A DNA stretch of 64,000 bases from Candidatus Krumholzibacteriota bacterium (GTDB lineage: Bacteria; Krumholzibacteriota; Krumholzibacteriia; JAJRXK01). Of this stretch, positions 1 through 10,705 are shown piece after piece. The DNA is taken from contig CAWDWO010000035.1 in assembly GCA_963806035.1 (NCBI GenBank), forward strand, positions 43,702 to 107,701, read 5' to 3'. Made by a program: the position numbers and the translations under genes. Under the pieces are notes generated by a model that saw only the letters and a program-made list of their open reading frames with translations, did not search any database and was not told where the DNA came from. The first letter of the stretch is position 1. Every line of letters begins with the position of its first letter.

Positions 1-823
1 CCAACAACGCGTCTCCGCTCAGGGCCGCTCCCCCTCCGATCACGATGAGGTCGGGGTTGAAGATGTTCACGTAGCTCGCGCAGACCAAACCCAACAGACG
101 CCCCACGTCCGCCAAGATGGCTGCGCTGAGGGGATCCCCCTTCTCGGCCGCGGCGGCGATGGCGCGGGTCGAAAGCTCACCCTCGGCGCGACAGGCCGTC
201 AGCAGCGCTTCCTTCTGTTCGTCATCCGCCGCGTCCAGGCGGCTCCCCGCCAGCACCGCGATTCCCTTGCTCCCCAGATAGGCCTCCACGTGGCCGGGCT
301 CTCCACAGCTGCAATCCGGCCCGTCGACTTGGATGGTCATATGTCCCAACTCCCCAGCCACCCCGCGAGTTCCCCGGTAGAGCTTGCCATCGACGAGAAT
401 GGCTCCACCCACTCCGGTTCCCAGGGCGAGGAGGATCATGTGCCGCGCTTTTTTCCCCGCGCCCAGCTCGAATTCGCCGTAGGCCATCGCGTTCACGTCG
501 TTCTCCGCCACCACGGGCAACCCCATGAGGCTCTCGGAGACTTCGTCCGCCACACGCCAAGAGCGGAGCTTTCGCAGATTGGGCGCATCTTCCAAGATCC
601 CCTCGTTGGTCAGGAGTCCCGCCACCGCCACCCCGGCCGCGACCGGCGCTTCCTTCGCGCGCAACCAGGGCATCACCGCCTCTTGCAGTCGATTCAGAAA
701 GTCCGATGGACCTGAGAGATCCTGGGTGGAGAAGTTCTTCTCCTGCCTCAGCTTGTCGTCATCCCCCAAGAGAACCAGCTTGCAGCTGCTCCCGCCGATA
801 TCGATGCCGAGAACTGCGCTCAC
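1..823 (-). CDS. ROK family sugar kinase (glucokinase-like), runs off window start
   Basis: Translated by hand: GTG at 823 after GGAGG gives MSAVLGIDIGGSSCK; GTGVGG, GELGHMTI and CSCG..GHVEAY ROK motifs. Confidence 0.9.
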   Translation of the reverse strand, partial: MSAVLGIDIGGSSCKLVLLGDDDKLRQEKNFSTQDLSGPSDFLNRLQEAVMPWLRAKEAPVAAGVAVAGLLTNEGILEDAPNLRKLRSWRVADEVSESLMGLPVVAENDVNAMAYGEFELGAGKKARHMILLALGTGVGGAILVDGKLYRGTRGVAGELGHMTIQVDGPDCSCGEPGHVEAYLGSKGIAVLAGSRLDAADDEQKEALLTACRAEGELSTRAIAAAAEKGDPLSAAILADVGRLLGLVCASYVNIFNPDLIVIGGGAALSGDALL

Positions 824-2203
824 CGCGATGCCTCCTGCTTCTGCGTACGGGGACGTGAGCGTAAGGGCTCACCTTCGTCCCAGAGTGTCGGCCAGTTGGG
901 CGCGTGGATGTCATCGAAGCCGAGGCGATCCAGGGCTTCGGCGACCGTGAAGTTCGAGCCGGTGAGCAAAACGGAGGGGCGGCCGCCCGCTTCGCGCCGG
1001 CGCTGGGCCCAGCTGCGCGCGAAGAGCGAGGCTCTCGCGAACTCCGCCCAACTCCAATACCGGCGAGTCCCCGCCTTTGGGCGCCTCCAGCAGCAATCTC
1101 CGCAACTTCGCCGCGGGCAGCGAGCGATACCAGGTGGGCTCGGTGCAGAGAACCAGCGCGGCGCTTCGGCGCGCCGCGGCCATGGCACTGCGCAGCCTCT
1201 TGTCGCGCATCACCCCCAACACCAAGATGCGGTCCTCCTTCTTCCCTTCGCGGCTCCACTGGTCCAAGAGACTCTTGAGGGCCGGGGCGTTGTGCGCGGT
1301 ATCCAGGATCAGCTCGGGATCCTTGCCCACGAGCTCGTAGCGGTAGGGAAACCGCAGCTCGGCCAGCGCGGCCCGGGCATCGCCCCGTGGCCAAGAATAA
1401 CGCGCGCTCAGATCCTCATAGCACGCTCTCACCACCGAAGCCAGAACCGCCTGGTGCCGGCCGCGTTGCGCCATCTCTCCCCGGTAGGGCGGACAGCCGC
1501 TCAGGTCGATGGCTTCCGCGCCGCGAGTGGCCAGGAACTCCAGCGCGTACTCACGCAGATCAGAAGAAAGCGGTCCCAGATAGAAGGGGCGCCCGCGCCT
1601 GGCCAGACCGAGCTTTTCCGTCGCGATCTCGCGCAGACTGTTCCCCAGAATGTGCTGATGATCCGCCCCCACCGAACACAGAAGCACCCCGCAGGCCTCG
1701 ACCGCGTTCGTCGCGTCGAGGCGACCTCCCAGGCCCGTTTCGAGCACGGCCAGCTCGACACCCTTGCGCGCGAAGTGGCAGAGGGTGAGAGCGGTCATCG
1801 CCTCGAAGAAGGTCGCGCCGCGCTCGACGATCGCCTCGCGGTATTCGCTCAAAAGCGCGGAGAGTTCCGCGCTCGAGATCGGCACTCCATCCACCAGGGC
1901 CCGTTCGTGGATTTTCAGGATGTGGGGACTGGTATACAGGCCGGTTCTTCTCCCCGCCGCCCGGCTCAGTGCGTCGAAGAGGATGGCCGCGCTACCCTTG
2001 CCGTTGGTGCCCGCCACCACCACGCTCTCGAAGTGGCGCTCTGGATGATCCATGTCGCCAAGGAGCGCCTTGATCGAGGACAGACCGAGGCGCATCCCCA
2101 GGCGCTGCAAACCAAAGAGCCAGCGGGCGGCTTCATCGGTGGCGCGGAATGGCGGGAGAAGTGCGTCGAGATCGAGTTGCTCAGGAATGGGCTCCGGCCC
2201 CAT
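820..2203 (-). CDS. folC: Folylpolyglutamate synthase/dihydrofolate synthase, frameshift near 1025
   Basis: VAGTNGKGS, YTSPH, ETGLGGRLDATN, LDTAHN; the C-terminal VLLTGSNFTVAEAL motif lies in the adjacent frame ending at 820. Confidence 0.92.
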
Positions 2204-3095
2204 TGGACTCCTCCCGCCAGGGCTTCACACCATCGCAAAAGAAACGAAGAGCCTCATGCACCTCGTGCTTGAGATTCTTGCGCTCCACGATGCGATCCAC
2301 CATCCCGTGCTCGAGGAGGAATTCGCTTCGCTGGAAGCCTTCTGGGAGCTCGGCATTGATCGTCTGTTGGATGACCCTTGGTCCCGCGAAACCGATGAGC
2401 GCCCCGGGCTCGGCGAAGATGACGTCGCCGAGCATGGCGAAGCTGGCCGTGACGCCCCCGGTGGTGGGATTGGTCAAAATGGAAATGAAAGGCAATCCCT
2501 CCTCCGCGAGCCGCGCGAGCATCGCGCTCGTCTTCGCCATCTGCATCAGAGACAGGATCGACTCCTGCATGCGTGCGCCGCCACTGCGACTGAGAATGAT
2601 GACGGGGAGCTCGTTCGTGATCCCGTCCTTCACACAGCGTGCGATTTTCTCCCCCACCACCGAACCCATGCTGCCCCCGAGAAAGGAGAAGTCCATGACG
2701 CTCAGGGCGGTCTTCACTCCGTAGATTTCGGCGAAGCCGGTGAGGACCGCGTCTTCCTTGCCCGTCTTGTTGCGATTGTCCTTGATCCGGTCGCGGTAAC
2801 GTTTGGAGTCCTTGAAGTTCAAGGGGTCGCCGCTCACCAGCCCGCGGTGCGTCTCCTCGAAGGAGTCCTCGTCCACCAGCAAGTGAAGATACTGTTCGGT
2901 GGTGATGGCCATGTGGTGGCCGCACTGGTAGCAGACCCAGAGATTCGCCGCGAGTTCCTTGTGGTAGATGAGGTCGCCGCAGGACGAGCACTTGGTCCAG
3001 AGATTCTCCGGAACCTCCAGATGCGGACGCACCTTGGTGCCGTCCTTTCGCAGTTGCTCGATTCCCTTGCGCGCGCGCTTGAGCCAGGATGGCAT
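2181..3095 (-). CDS. accD: Acetyl-CoA carboxylase carboxyltransferase beta subunit
   Basis: WTKCSSC..CYQC zinc finger, GGSMGSVVGEK, SGGARMQE, PTTGGVTASFA, GFAGPRVI. Confidence 0.97.
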   Translation of the reverse strand: MPSWLKRARKGIEQLRKDGTKVRPHLEVPENLWTKCSSCGDLIYHKELAANLWVCYQCGHHMAITTEQYLHLLVDEDSFEETHRGLVSGDPLNFKDSKRYRDRIKDNRNKTGKEDAVLTGFAEIYGVKTALSVMDFSFLGGSMGSVVGEKIARCVKDGITNELPVIILSRSGGARMQESILSLMQMAKTSAMLARLAEEGLPFISILTNPTTGGVTASFAMLGDVIFAEPGALIGFAGPRVIQQTINAELPEGFQRSEFLLEHGMVDRIVERKNLKHEVHEALRFFCDGVKPWREESNGAGAHS

Positions 3096-3195
3096 GGGGC
3101 TACTCTCTCCCTACGGTGTCTTGATGGGCTGAACTCGTCCTCAATCTAGGCCCCTTTTGCACCTTTCGACAATCGCTTTTAGAACCGGCGCCGCT

Positions 3196-3681
3196 CTAGC
3201 GCGGAGCGGGATCGGGGGTGAATCCGCCCTCAGGGCCCAGATTCTTGAGCATCACCAGCGCATCTTCGCCCGTATCCGGGTAATAGCCTTTCCGCAGCGC
3301 GATCTCCTTGAAGCCGTTTCGCCGGTAGAAAGCGCGCGCGGATTCGTTGTCCACTCTCACCTCCAGGGTGACGAGGGAAGCCTCCCTGGCGCGCGGATGC
3401 TTCAATACCGCCTGAAGGAGCGCCTGACCATGACCCTTGCGCCGCTGTGTTTCGATGACTCCCAAATTGACCACGTGCAACTCGTCGGCCACGGCCCAGC
3501 AGAAGATGTAGCCGACGGGGATCTCCTCTTGCAGGGCCAGCAGCGCGATGCGGAGGGGATCGCCGCTGAGCTCGGCCGCGATCATCTCCTCGCTCCAGGG
3601 AGTGGGGAAGATGCTCGCCTCCATGGCGCGGATGGTGCTCAAGTCGTTGAGAGTGGCGGGACGAATTTTCAGCTCGCTCAT
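3196..3681 (-). CDS. rimI: Ribosomal protein S18-alanine N-acetyltransferase
   Basis: FPTPWS, RRKGHG, LEVRVDN, RKGYY..EDA; follows tsaB. Confidence 0.92.
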   Translation of the reverse strand: MSELKIRPATLNDLSTIRAMEASIFPTPWSEEMIAAELSGDPLRIALLALQEEIPVGYIFCWAVADELHVVNLGVIETQRRKGHGQALLQAVLKHPRAREASLVTLEVRVDNESARAFYRRNGFKEIALRKGYYPDTGEDALVMLKNLGPEGGFTPDPAPR

Positions 3682-4463
3682 CGCGAGCGCCTCTTGTCGA
3701 AGGATCGCAGCTGCTCATCCTTGACCCTGATCCCCGCGGCGCGTTCGGCCTGACTGGGCCCGAGGTAGACGGGAAGCAAAGCAGCGGGATCCACGCGTTC
3801 ACACCAATGACATTGCGCGCCGACCGCCAAGGCCAGAGTGCTCGCCAAGGGAGTCGGCTTCAGGAATTTCCTGCCTTCCAGGAGCTCAGAGGCCGCATCG
3901 CGCGCGAGCCCGAGGGTCTCTTCGCCGTCGGCGGAAACGAGATCGAGCGCTGACTCGTTCCGCAATTCGTCCTGCAAACTCGAAAAGAGCGCGCGCCAGG
4001 GCGAGCGCACACATTGCAGCGTGTTGTCGCGCAGTTCGTACACGGCGGCGTATACCGCCTCCCGGCCCGCCTCCATCAGCGCCAATACGCGCGCCGGCTT
4101 CGCGGTCTTGGGCGAGGGAGTCTCCCCCGCGCCCTCCGGCCCGAGGAGCGCCTGGCCGGCGAGCAATTCCAGGCTGGTGCAGCCGAAAAGCGCCAGCCCG
4201 CCGGCGTGCGCGAGACTCTTGGCGGTCATCACCCCGATGCGCAGCCCGGTATAGGAACCGGGCCCGGTGACCACCGCCAGCTGGGCGATCTCTCCACGGG
4301 TGCGGCCGGCAGTTTCGAGCGCGCGGTCGGCGAGACCGAAAAAGGCTTCCGCGTAGCCCAGGGCCGGATCGTGCTCGACGAGGGCCAACAGCTTCCGGCC
4401 CTCGGCGAGAGCGACGGACCCTCCGCGGCGGCGCGAGGAATCGAGGGCCAGGATCAGGCTCAT
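3678..4463 (-). CDS. tsaB: tRNA threonylcarbamoyladenosine biosynthesis protein TsaB
   Basis: ILALDSS, GPGSYTGLRIG; start chosen at ATG overlapping the tsaE stop. Confidence 0.92.
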   Translation of the reverse strand: MSLILALDSSRRRGGSVALAEGRKLLALVEHDPALGYAEAFFGLADRALETAGRTRGEIAQLAVVTGPGSYTGLRIGVMTAKSLAHAGGLALFGCTSLELLAGQALLGPEGAGETPSPKTAKPARVLALMEAGREAVYAAVYELRDNTLQCVRSPWRALFSSLQDELRNESALDLVSADGEETLGLARDAASELLEGRKFLKPTPLASTLALAVGAQCHWCERVDPAALLPVYLGPSQAERAAGIRVKDEQLRSFDKRRSR

Positions 4464-4975
4464 GCGCTCCTCTCCTTCGTCCACGCCGACGCCAGGCTGG
4501 GGGCGAGCTTGTCTCGCGTATGCGAGAGTTCCAGAATGCGGGTCGTGCTCTTTGCCGCCGTTTGGTGCGCCAAGCTGAGCCGTAAATTGTAACAGGGCGC
4601 GAGGTATTCGCTGAGCGCTTCCGCCCACTCGACCAGGACCAGGGCCCCCTCCTCCCGCGCCTCCAAAAGAGACGCACAGAGGTCCTCCTCGACCCTGCCC
4701 TCCATCCGGTAGAGATCGGCGTGAACCGCGGTGGCAATCCCGTGCGTGCCGTGCAGAGGATAACGATTTTCCAGAGTGAAGGTGGGCGAAGTCACGATGC
4801 GTTCGTCGGCGCCCAGCGCGGACAGAACGCCCTTCACGAAAGTCGTCTTGCCCGCGCCGAGATCTCCGAAGAGACAGATCGCATCTCGAGCGCGGAGCTC
4901 TGCCGCGAGGGCGGCGGCCAACTGCGTCGTTTCCGCGACGCTGTGAGTCTCGGCAACCAGTCGTCCGCGGAACAC
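4460..4975 (-). CDS. tsaE: tRNA threonylcarbamoyladenosine biosynthesis ATPase TsaE
   Basis: GDLGAGKTTF, VTSPTF, HADLYR, VEWAE. Confidence 0.95.
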   Translation of the reverse strand: MFRGRLVAETHSVAETTQLAAALAAELRARDAICLFGDLGAGKTTFVKGVLSALGADERIVTSPTFTLENRYPLHGTHGIATAVHADLYRMEGRVEEDLCASLLEAREEGALVLVEWAEALSEYLAPCYNLRLSLAHQTAAKSTTRILELSHTRDKLAPSLASAWTKERSA

Positions 4976-4976
4976 G

Positions 4977-6531
4977 TCAGTCCACCGTGAGAGTGCAACA
5001 GGGCACGATCATCTCTTCCAAAGAAATGCCCCCGTGCTGAAACGAACCACGGTACTGCCGTTCGTACTCGTGATAATTCGTGGGATAGACGAAGTAGTTG
5101 TAATCCTTGGCGCAGATGTAGTTCTGGATGGGTGAGTCCTGCGGCAAACCGTATTCGAGCGGGTTCTTCATGATGAACGCGGTGCGGGCGTCGACGTTCA
5201 GATTGTCCCCGTACTTGTAGCGCACGTTGTTGGAGGCCTCCTTCTTGGCCTTCACCTTCGCCGCCTTGCGAACTTGCACCGAACCATGGTCGGTGGTGAT
5301 GACGACCACGTTGCCGCTGTTCTGTGCCAAGGATCGCAAAAGGTCGAAGATCGCCGAGTGCTGGAACCACGAGCGCATCACGCTGCGGAAGGCGACCTCA
5401 TCGGGCGCGAGCTCCATGAGCAGATCGTTGGTGGAGCGTCCATGGGCCAGGATGTCCAGGAAGTTGATCACCCCCACGACCAGAGGGACGTCTCCCAGGC
5501 TGGGGATCTGCTTCGCCATCGCCTCGGTCTCGTCGATGTTGAAGGTCTTGAAGTACTTGAAGCCCATCTCGCCGAGTCCAATTCGCTTGAGCTGCGCCTG
5601 AAGCAGCTGCGGCTCGAATGCGTTCTTGCTGCGCTCCTCGCGCGCCGATCCGCGCCACCACTTGGGATAGCGCTTGGAGATTTCCAGAGGACTCAAGCCG
5701 GCGAAGATGGCGTTGCGCGCGAAGGGAGTAGCCGAGGGTAGCATGCTGTAATAGAGACTCTCCTGCAGTTGATACATGGGAGTGAGGAAGCTCGCGAGCT
5801 GACGCCACTGGTCCAGGCGCATGCAGTCGATCACGAAGAAGAAGACCTTCTTGCCCGCCTTGAGGTGGGGAGCGACCCACTTCTGGACCACGTCGGTGCT
5901 CATGACCGGGCGCTCACTGGAACTCATCCAGGACTTGTAATGGTCCTCCACGAAACGCCCGAAGTTGCTGTTGGCGTCGCGCAGCTGCTCGCGATGGGTC
6001 TGCACCAGCGAAGTATCGGAGAGATCTCCCAGTCTGAGTTCCCAGGTCGACGAGTTCCTCGAAGATCCTCGACCAGTCCTCGTGGCTGCGTGCCTCCAGG
6101 CGGTCGCGGGTCAGCTGGTTGAAGCCCCGCAGATAGTCCTGCGCCACCTGGCGTTCCTGGATGGCTCCCTCGTCGAGCGTCTTTTTTAGCGAAAGAAGGA
6201 TTTGGTTGGGATTGACCGGCTTCACCAGGAAGTCGTTGATGCGGCGGCCCAGGGCGCGGTCCATGAGCTCTTCTTCGTCGCTCTTGGTGATCATGATCAC
6301 CGGAATGCTGTCGTTGAGCTGGCGGATTCCTTGCAGGGTCTCGATGCCGTTGCGCCCGGGCATCATTTCGTCGAGCAAGATCACGTCGAAGCGGCGCTCT
6401 TTGAGCAGCGCGAGGGCGTCATCTCCGTTGCTCACTCCCTCGACCTCGAAACCCCTGGCCTGAAGGAAGAGAATCTGACTGCGCAGCTCCTCGATTTGAT
6501 CGTCGACCCACAAGACGCTTCGTGTCGGCAT
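4977..6531 (-). CDS. porX: PorX-like response regulator with PglZ/alkaline-phosphatase domain, frameshift near 6046
   Basis: Receiver LWVDD..LLDEMMPG..MITKS..KP from ATG 6531; PglZ half IDCMRLDQW, LPSATPFARNAIF, TTDHG, FQHGGISLEEMIVP in the next frame; upstream of tsaE. Confidence 0.88.
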
Positions 6532-6593
6532 GGCTTCTCCCGGCTGAATCCCTGGAAAAGAAGCTAAGTCAATTCGGCGCAATCCACGAGCTC

Positions 6594-7877
6594 TCAGCGG
6601 GTCTTCAGCCGGATGCGCATGGTGCTGCCCTGCCCGGGCTCGGTCCAGGCCACATCGACACTGCCCCCGTGATATTCGTCCACGATTCGCTTCACCAGTA
6701 CCAGTCCCAAACCCCAACCTCCCTCTCGTGTCGAAAAACCGGGCGCGAAGACCCGCCGTTGCACCGCCGGCGTCATGCCCTTCCCGTTGTCGGTGACCGT
6801 GATCACCACTTTCATGTCTTCCGAATCGTAAAGGCAGGAAACCTTGACCAGGCCCCGATCCTTGTCGATTGCGTCCAGGGCGTTCTTGATGAGGTTCTCC
6901 AGGGCCCACTCCAGGAGTTCCGGATTGACCGGCGCGAGCGGAGTCTCCTCCACGGAACTGATGATCTCCACGTGGCTCTTGAGATGAGGCAAGCGGCGGC
7001 GGAAATAGGCGCAGGCATTCTCCACGAGTTGATCCACGCGCGTCGACACGAGCTTGGGTCGGCTGCCGATTTGGGAGAAGCGATCGGACACTTTGGCGAG
7101 TCGCGCGTGGTCGCGCTCGAGCTCCTTGAGCACCTGAGAGCGGTCCACCGTGGAAGCGGGTTCATCCGCGCGTTCTTCGCCCGCCGCGTTCTCTTCACTC
7201 AAGAGCGCGAGCCACCCGCTCATGCTGGTGAGCGGAGTGCCCATCTGGTGGGCGGTCTCCTTGGCCATCCCCACCCAGAGGCTGCGTTCCTCACTGCGTT
7301 TGAGATTGCGGAAAGCGACCAGGGCCACTCCCATGAAGGCCAAGATGAGTGCCGCTTCGAGCAGGGGCATGATCGTCAGCCGCCGCGTGAGTTCGTTCTC
7401 GCCGTAGTGCAGATAGAAAATGGTTCCGCCGTGGGGATCGGTGACGTTCAACGGCTGACGGTGACGGTCGAATTCCGCCACTCTCGCCAGCAACTTTTTC
7501 AGAACCGGATCATGGGGATCTTGCGGGTTTTCGCTCTGAAAGGCGCCGGGGTTGTCCGGAAGAGCAATGCCGACCTGGCTCACGTTCCAAAACACCGGCA
7601 GGCCGGCCGCGTCGGTCATGATGACCGGTACGGAGAGTTCATCCATGGCTTCGCGCAGTTCGCGGAGTTGCTCAGGATTTTCCGAAAGGAGACGCTCGGC
7701 GGCGAGGTCCGCCAAGAGACGGGTCGTCAGTCCCGCCTGGCGCTCCACCTCCCGGTTGAGATTGAGGGAGAAGACCACGATCGCCAGGACGATGACCGCC
7801 AGTCCCAAGAGCAGGTAGCTCTTGAGGAGCGCCCTCACCGTGGGACCTCGCAAGACCGCGGATGGCATGACTCTCAA
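6594..7877 (-). CDS. Membrane sensor histidine kinase
   Basis: Two hydrophobic segments, AKETAHQMGTP H-box, ENLIKNA, DNGKG, GWGLGL; exact start uncertain. Confidence 0.93.
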   Translation of the reverse strand: MRVMPSAVLRGPTVRALLKSYLLLGLAVIVLAIVVFSLNLNREVERQAGLTTRLLADLAAERLLSENPEQLRELREAMDELSVPVIMTDAAGLPVFWNVSQVGIALPDNPGAFQSENPQDPHDPVLKKLLARVAEFDRHRQPLNVTDPHGGTIFYLHYGENELTRRLTIMPLLEAALILAFMGVALVAFRNLKRSEERSLWVGMAKETAHQMGTPLTSMSGWLALLSEENAAGEERADEPASTVDRSQVLKELERDHARLAKVSDRFSQIGSRPKLVSTRVDQLVENACAYFRRRLPHLKSHVEIISSVEETPLAPVNPELLEWALENLIKNALDAIDKDRGLVKVSCLYDSEDMKVVITVTDNGKGMTPAVQRRVFAPGFSTREGGWGLGLVLVKRIVDEYHGGSVDVAWTEPGQGSTMRIRLKTR

Positions 7878-7884
7878 GCCCCGT

Positions 7885-9147
7885 TCAGCCGATGTATTCC
7901 AGGCCCCCCATGTAGGGCCGCAGAACCTCAGGGACGCGGATCTTGCCCGTGCCCGTGAGATGGTTCTCCATGATCGCGACGAGAACGCGCGGAAGCGCGA
8001 GCCCGCTACCGTTGAGCGTGTGCACGAAGACGGGCTTCTCCCCCTTCTCCCGCCGCCAACGAATCTGCGCCCGCCGCGCCTGGAAATCGCGGAAATTGCT
8101 GCACGAGCTCACTTCGAGCCAGGCGTCGACACCCGGGGAATAGACTTCCAGATCGTAGCACTTGGCGGCGGCGAAGGAGAGGTCTCCGGTGGCAAGCTTC
8201 ACCACGCGGTAGGGCAACTCCAAAGCCTCCAGTAGATCCGTCGCGTTCGTCACCAGTTCTTCCAGTTCGCGTTCGCTGTCTTCCGGGCGGCAGAAGCGGA
8301 CCATCTCCACCTTGTGAAATTGATGGACGCGCAGCATGCCGCGGGTGTCCTTGCCCGCGCTGCCTGCCTCGCGGCGGAAGCAGGGGCTGAACGAGACGTA
8401 GCGGCGCGGCAGGTCCTCGGGGGCCAGGATGCTCTCACGATGGATGTTGGTCACCGAGACCTCAGCGGTGGGAATGAGCCACAGCCCGTCCTGCATGGTC
8501 TGATACATGTCCTCGGCCAGTTTGGGCAGCTGGCCCGTGCCCCGCACCGAGTGGTCGCGAACCAGATAGGGCGCGTTGATTTCCTGATAGCCTTGCTCCA
8601 AGTGTACGTCGAGAAACCAGTTGATGAGCGCGCGTTCGAGCCGGGCACCCGCGCCCTTGAGCAGAATGAAGCCGCTGCCGCTCATGCGGGCGGCGGCCTC
8701 CAGATCCATCAGCCCCAAGCGCTCCCCGGTCTCCCAGTGCGGCTTGGCGTAGTCCGGCTTCTTCGGCTCGCCCCAGCTACGGATCGTCTCGTTGGCCTCT
8801 TCGCCGCCGCGCGGGACATCGGAGTCGGGAAGATTCGGGATGCTCAGCTCCAGCCTCGAGAGCTCTTCTTCGAGCTCGACGAGTCGTCCCTCTCCCTCCT
8901 TGATCTCGTCCGAGACCTTCTTCATGGCAGCGATGGCCGCGCTGGCATCCTGGCCGCTCTTCTTGGCCTCGCCGATCTCCTGGGAAGCCTGGTTGCGCCG
9001 GGCTCTCAGCGCCTCCACTTCCACCAAGAGCTCGCGCCGCTTGAGGTCGGCGGAGAGGAAGTCGTCCAGCTCGGCGGCCTCGTGCTTGTCGATGATTCCC
9101 TGACGTACTTCGGCTTCGTGTTCGCGAATGAAGCGGCGGTCGAGCAC
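7885..9147 (-). CDS. serS: Serine--tRNA ligase
   Basis: GTG after GGGAGA gives MLDRRFIRE; LIPTAEV, FRREAG, RVHQFHKVE, EVSSCSN, HTLNGSGLA. Confidence 0.97.
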   Translation of the reverse strand: MLDRRFIREHEAEVRQGIIDKHEAAELDDFLSADLKRRELLVEVEALRARRNQASQEIGEAKKSGQDASAAIAAMKKVSDEIKEGEGRLVELEEELSRLELSIPNLPDSDVPRGGEEANETIRSWGEPKKPDYAKPHWETGERLGLMDLEAAARMSGSGFILLKGAGARLERALINWFLDVHLEQGYQEINAPYLVRDHSVRGTGQLPKLAEDMYQTMQDGLWLIPTAEVSVTNIHRESILAPEDLPRRYVSFSPCFRREAGSAGKDTRGMLRVHQFHKVEMVRFCRPEDSERELEELVTNATDLLEALELPYRVVKLATGDLSFAAAKCYDLEVYSPGVDAWLEVSSCSNFRDFQARRAQIRWRREKGEKPVFVHTLNGSGLALPRVLVAIMENHLTGTGKIRVPEVLRPYMGGLEYIG

Positions 9148-9277
9148 GATGAATCTCCCGATTGCTTGCGTTGCGCTTGGAGCTGGGGTATGAAAAGCCC
9201 TGGCATCCACTTCGCGCACCAAGCTAGCCGAGGGCGGCCCGCCCAAGCAAGGGATCATCGAACGGAAGGGCTCGAGC

Positions 9278-10033
<756 letters not shown>

Positions 10034-10096
10034 GCTGCGGGAAGTCACTTCAGCCCACCGCTTCGAATCCAGTCACGAGCTTCAGGAGGATGAGAA

Positions 10097-10705
10097 GTGA
10101 ATGCGGAAACTTCTGCCTTCCAACAACATCTCAAACCGGACGAAGTGCGCGAACGTCTCGTCGAGCTGGGCGCCATCCTCCAGGGGCACTTCAAGCTGAG
10201 CAGCGGGCTGCACAGCGACCACTACTTCCAGTGCGCCAAGGTCTTGCAATATCCGGATCTGGCCAAGGAACTCGGCAGACTCCTGGCCGAGCAGTGCAAC
10301 GAGCTGGAGATCGATCTGGTTCTCTCACCGGCCGTGGGAGGAATCCTCATTGGTCACGAAGTGGCGCGCGCGCTGGGCCGGCGTCACGTGTTCTGCGAAC
10401 GCAAAGAGGGGAAACTGCAACTGCGCCGCGGATTCACGCTGCGCAAAGGCGAATCCGCACTGCTGGTGGATGACGTTCTCACCCGGGGAACTTCCCTGCA
10501 GGAGATGCGAACTCTGGTGGAGAGCCACGAGGGAAGCGCCAAGTCCATCGCAGTGATCGTGGACCGGCGCGAGGCTCAGCTCACGATCGATCTCCCCGTG
10601 CACTGCCTGCTCAGAGAAGAACTCCGCACATTCGAAGCAAGGCGGTGCCCCCTCTGCAAGAGCGGTGAACCCCTGGAGGCGCCGGGCTCCCGCCATGACG
10701 CCTGA
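10097..10705 (+). CDS. pyrE: Orotate phosphoribosyltransferase
   Basis: GHFKLSSGLHSDHY, LLVDDVLTRGTS, PLCK..PGSR; follows pyrF. Confidence 0.95.
   Translation: MNAETSAFQQHLKPDEVRERLVELGAILQGHFKLSSGLHSDHYFQCAKVLQYPDLAKELGRLLAEQCNELEIDLVLSPAVGGILIGHEVARALGRRHVFCERKEGKLQLRRGFTLRKGESALLVDDVLTRGTSLQEMRTLVESHEGSAKSIAVIVDRREAQLTIDLPVHCLLREELRTFEARRCPLCKSGEPLEAPGSRHDA

Noticed and set aside
4977..6005. PglZ domain as part of a BREX defence system
   Set aside because: It is joined to a receiver domain (PorX architecture) and no brx/pgl genes are nearby
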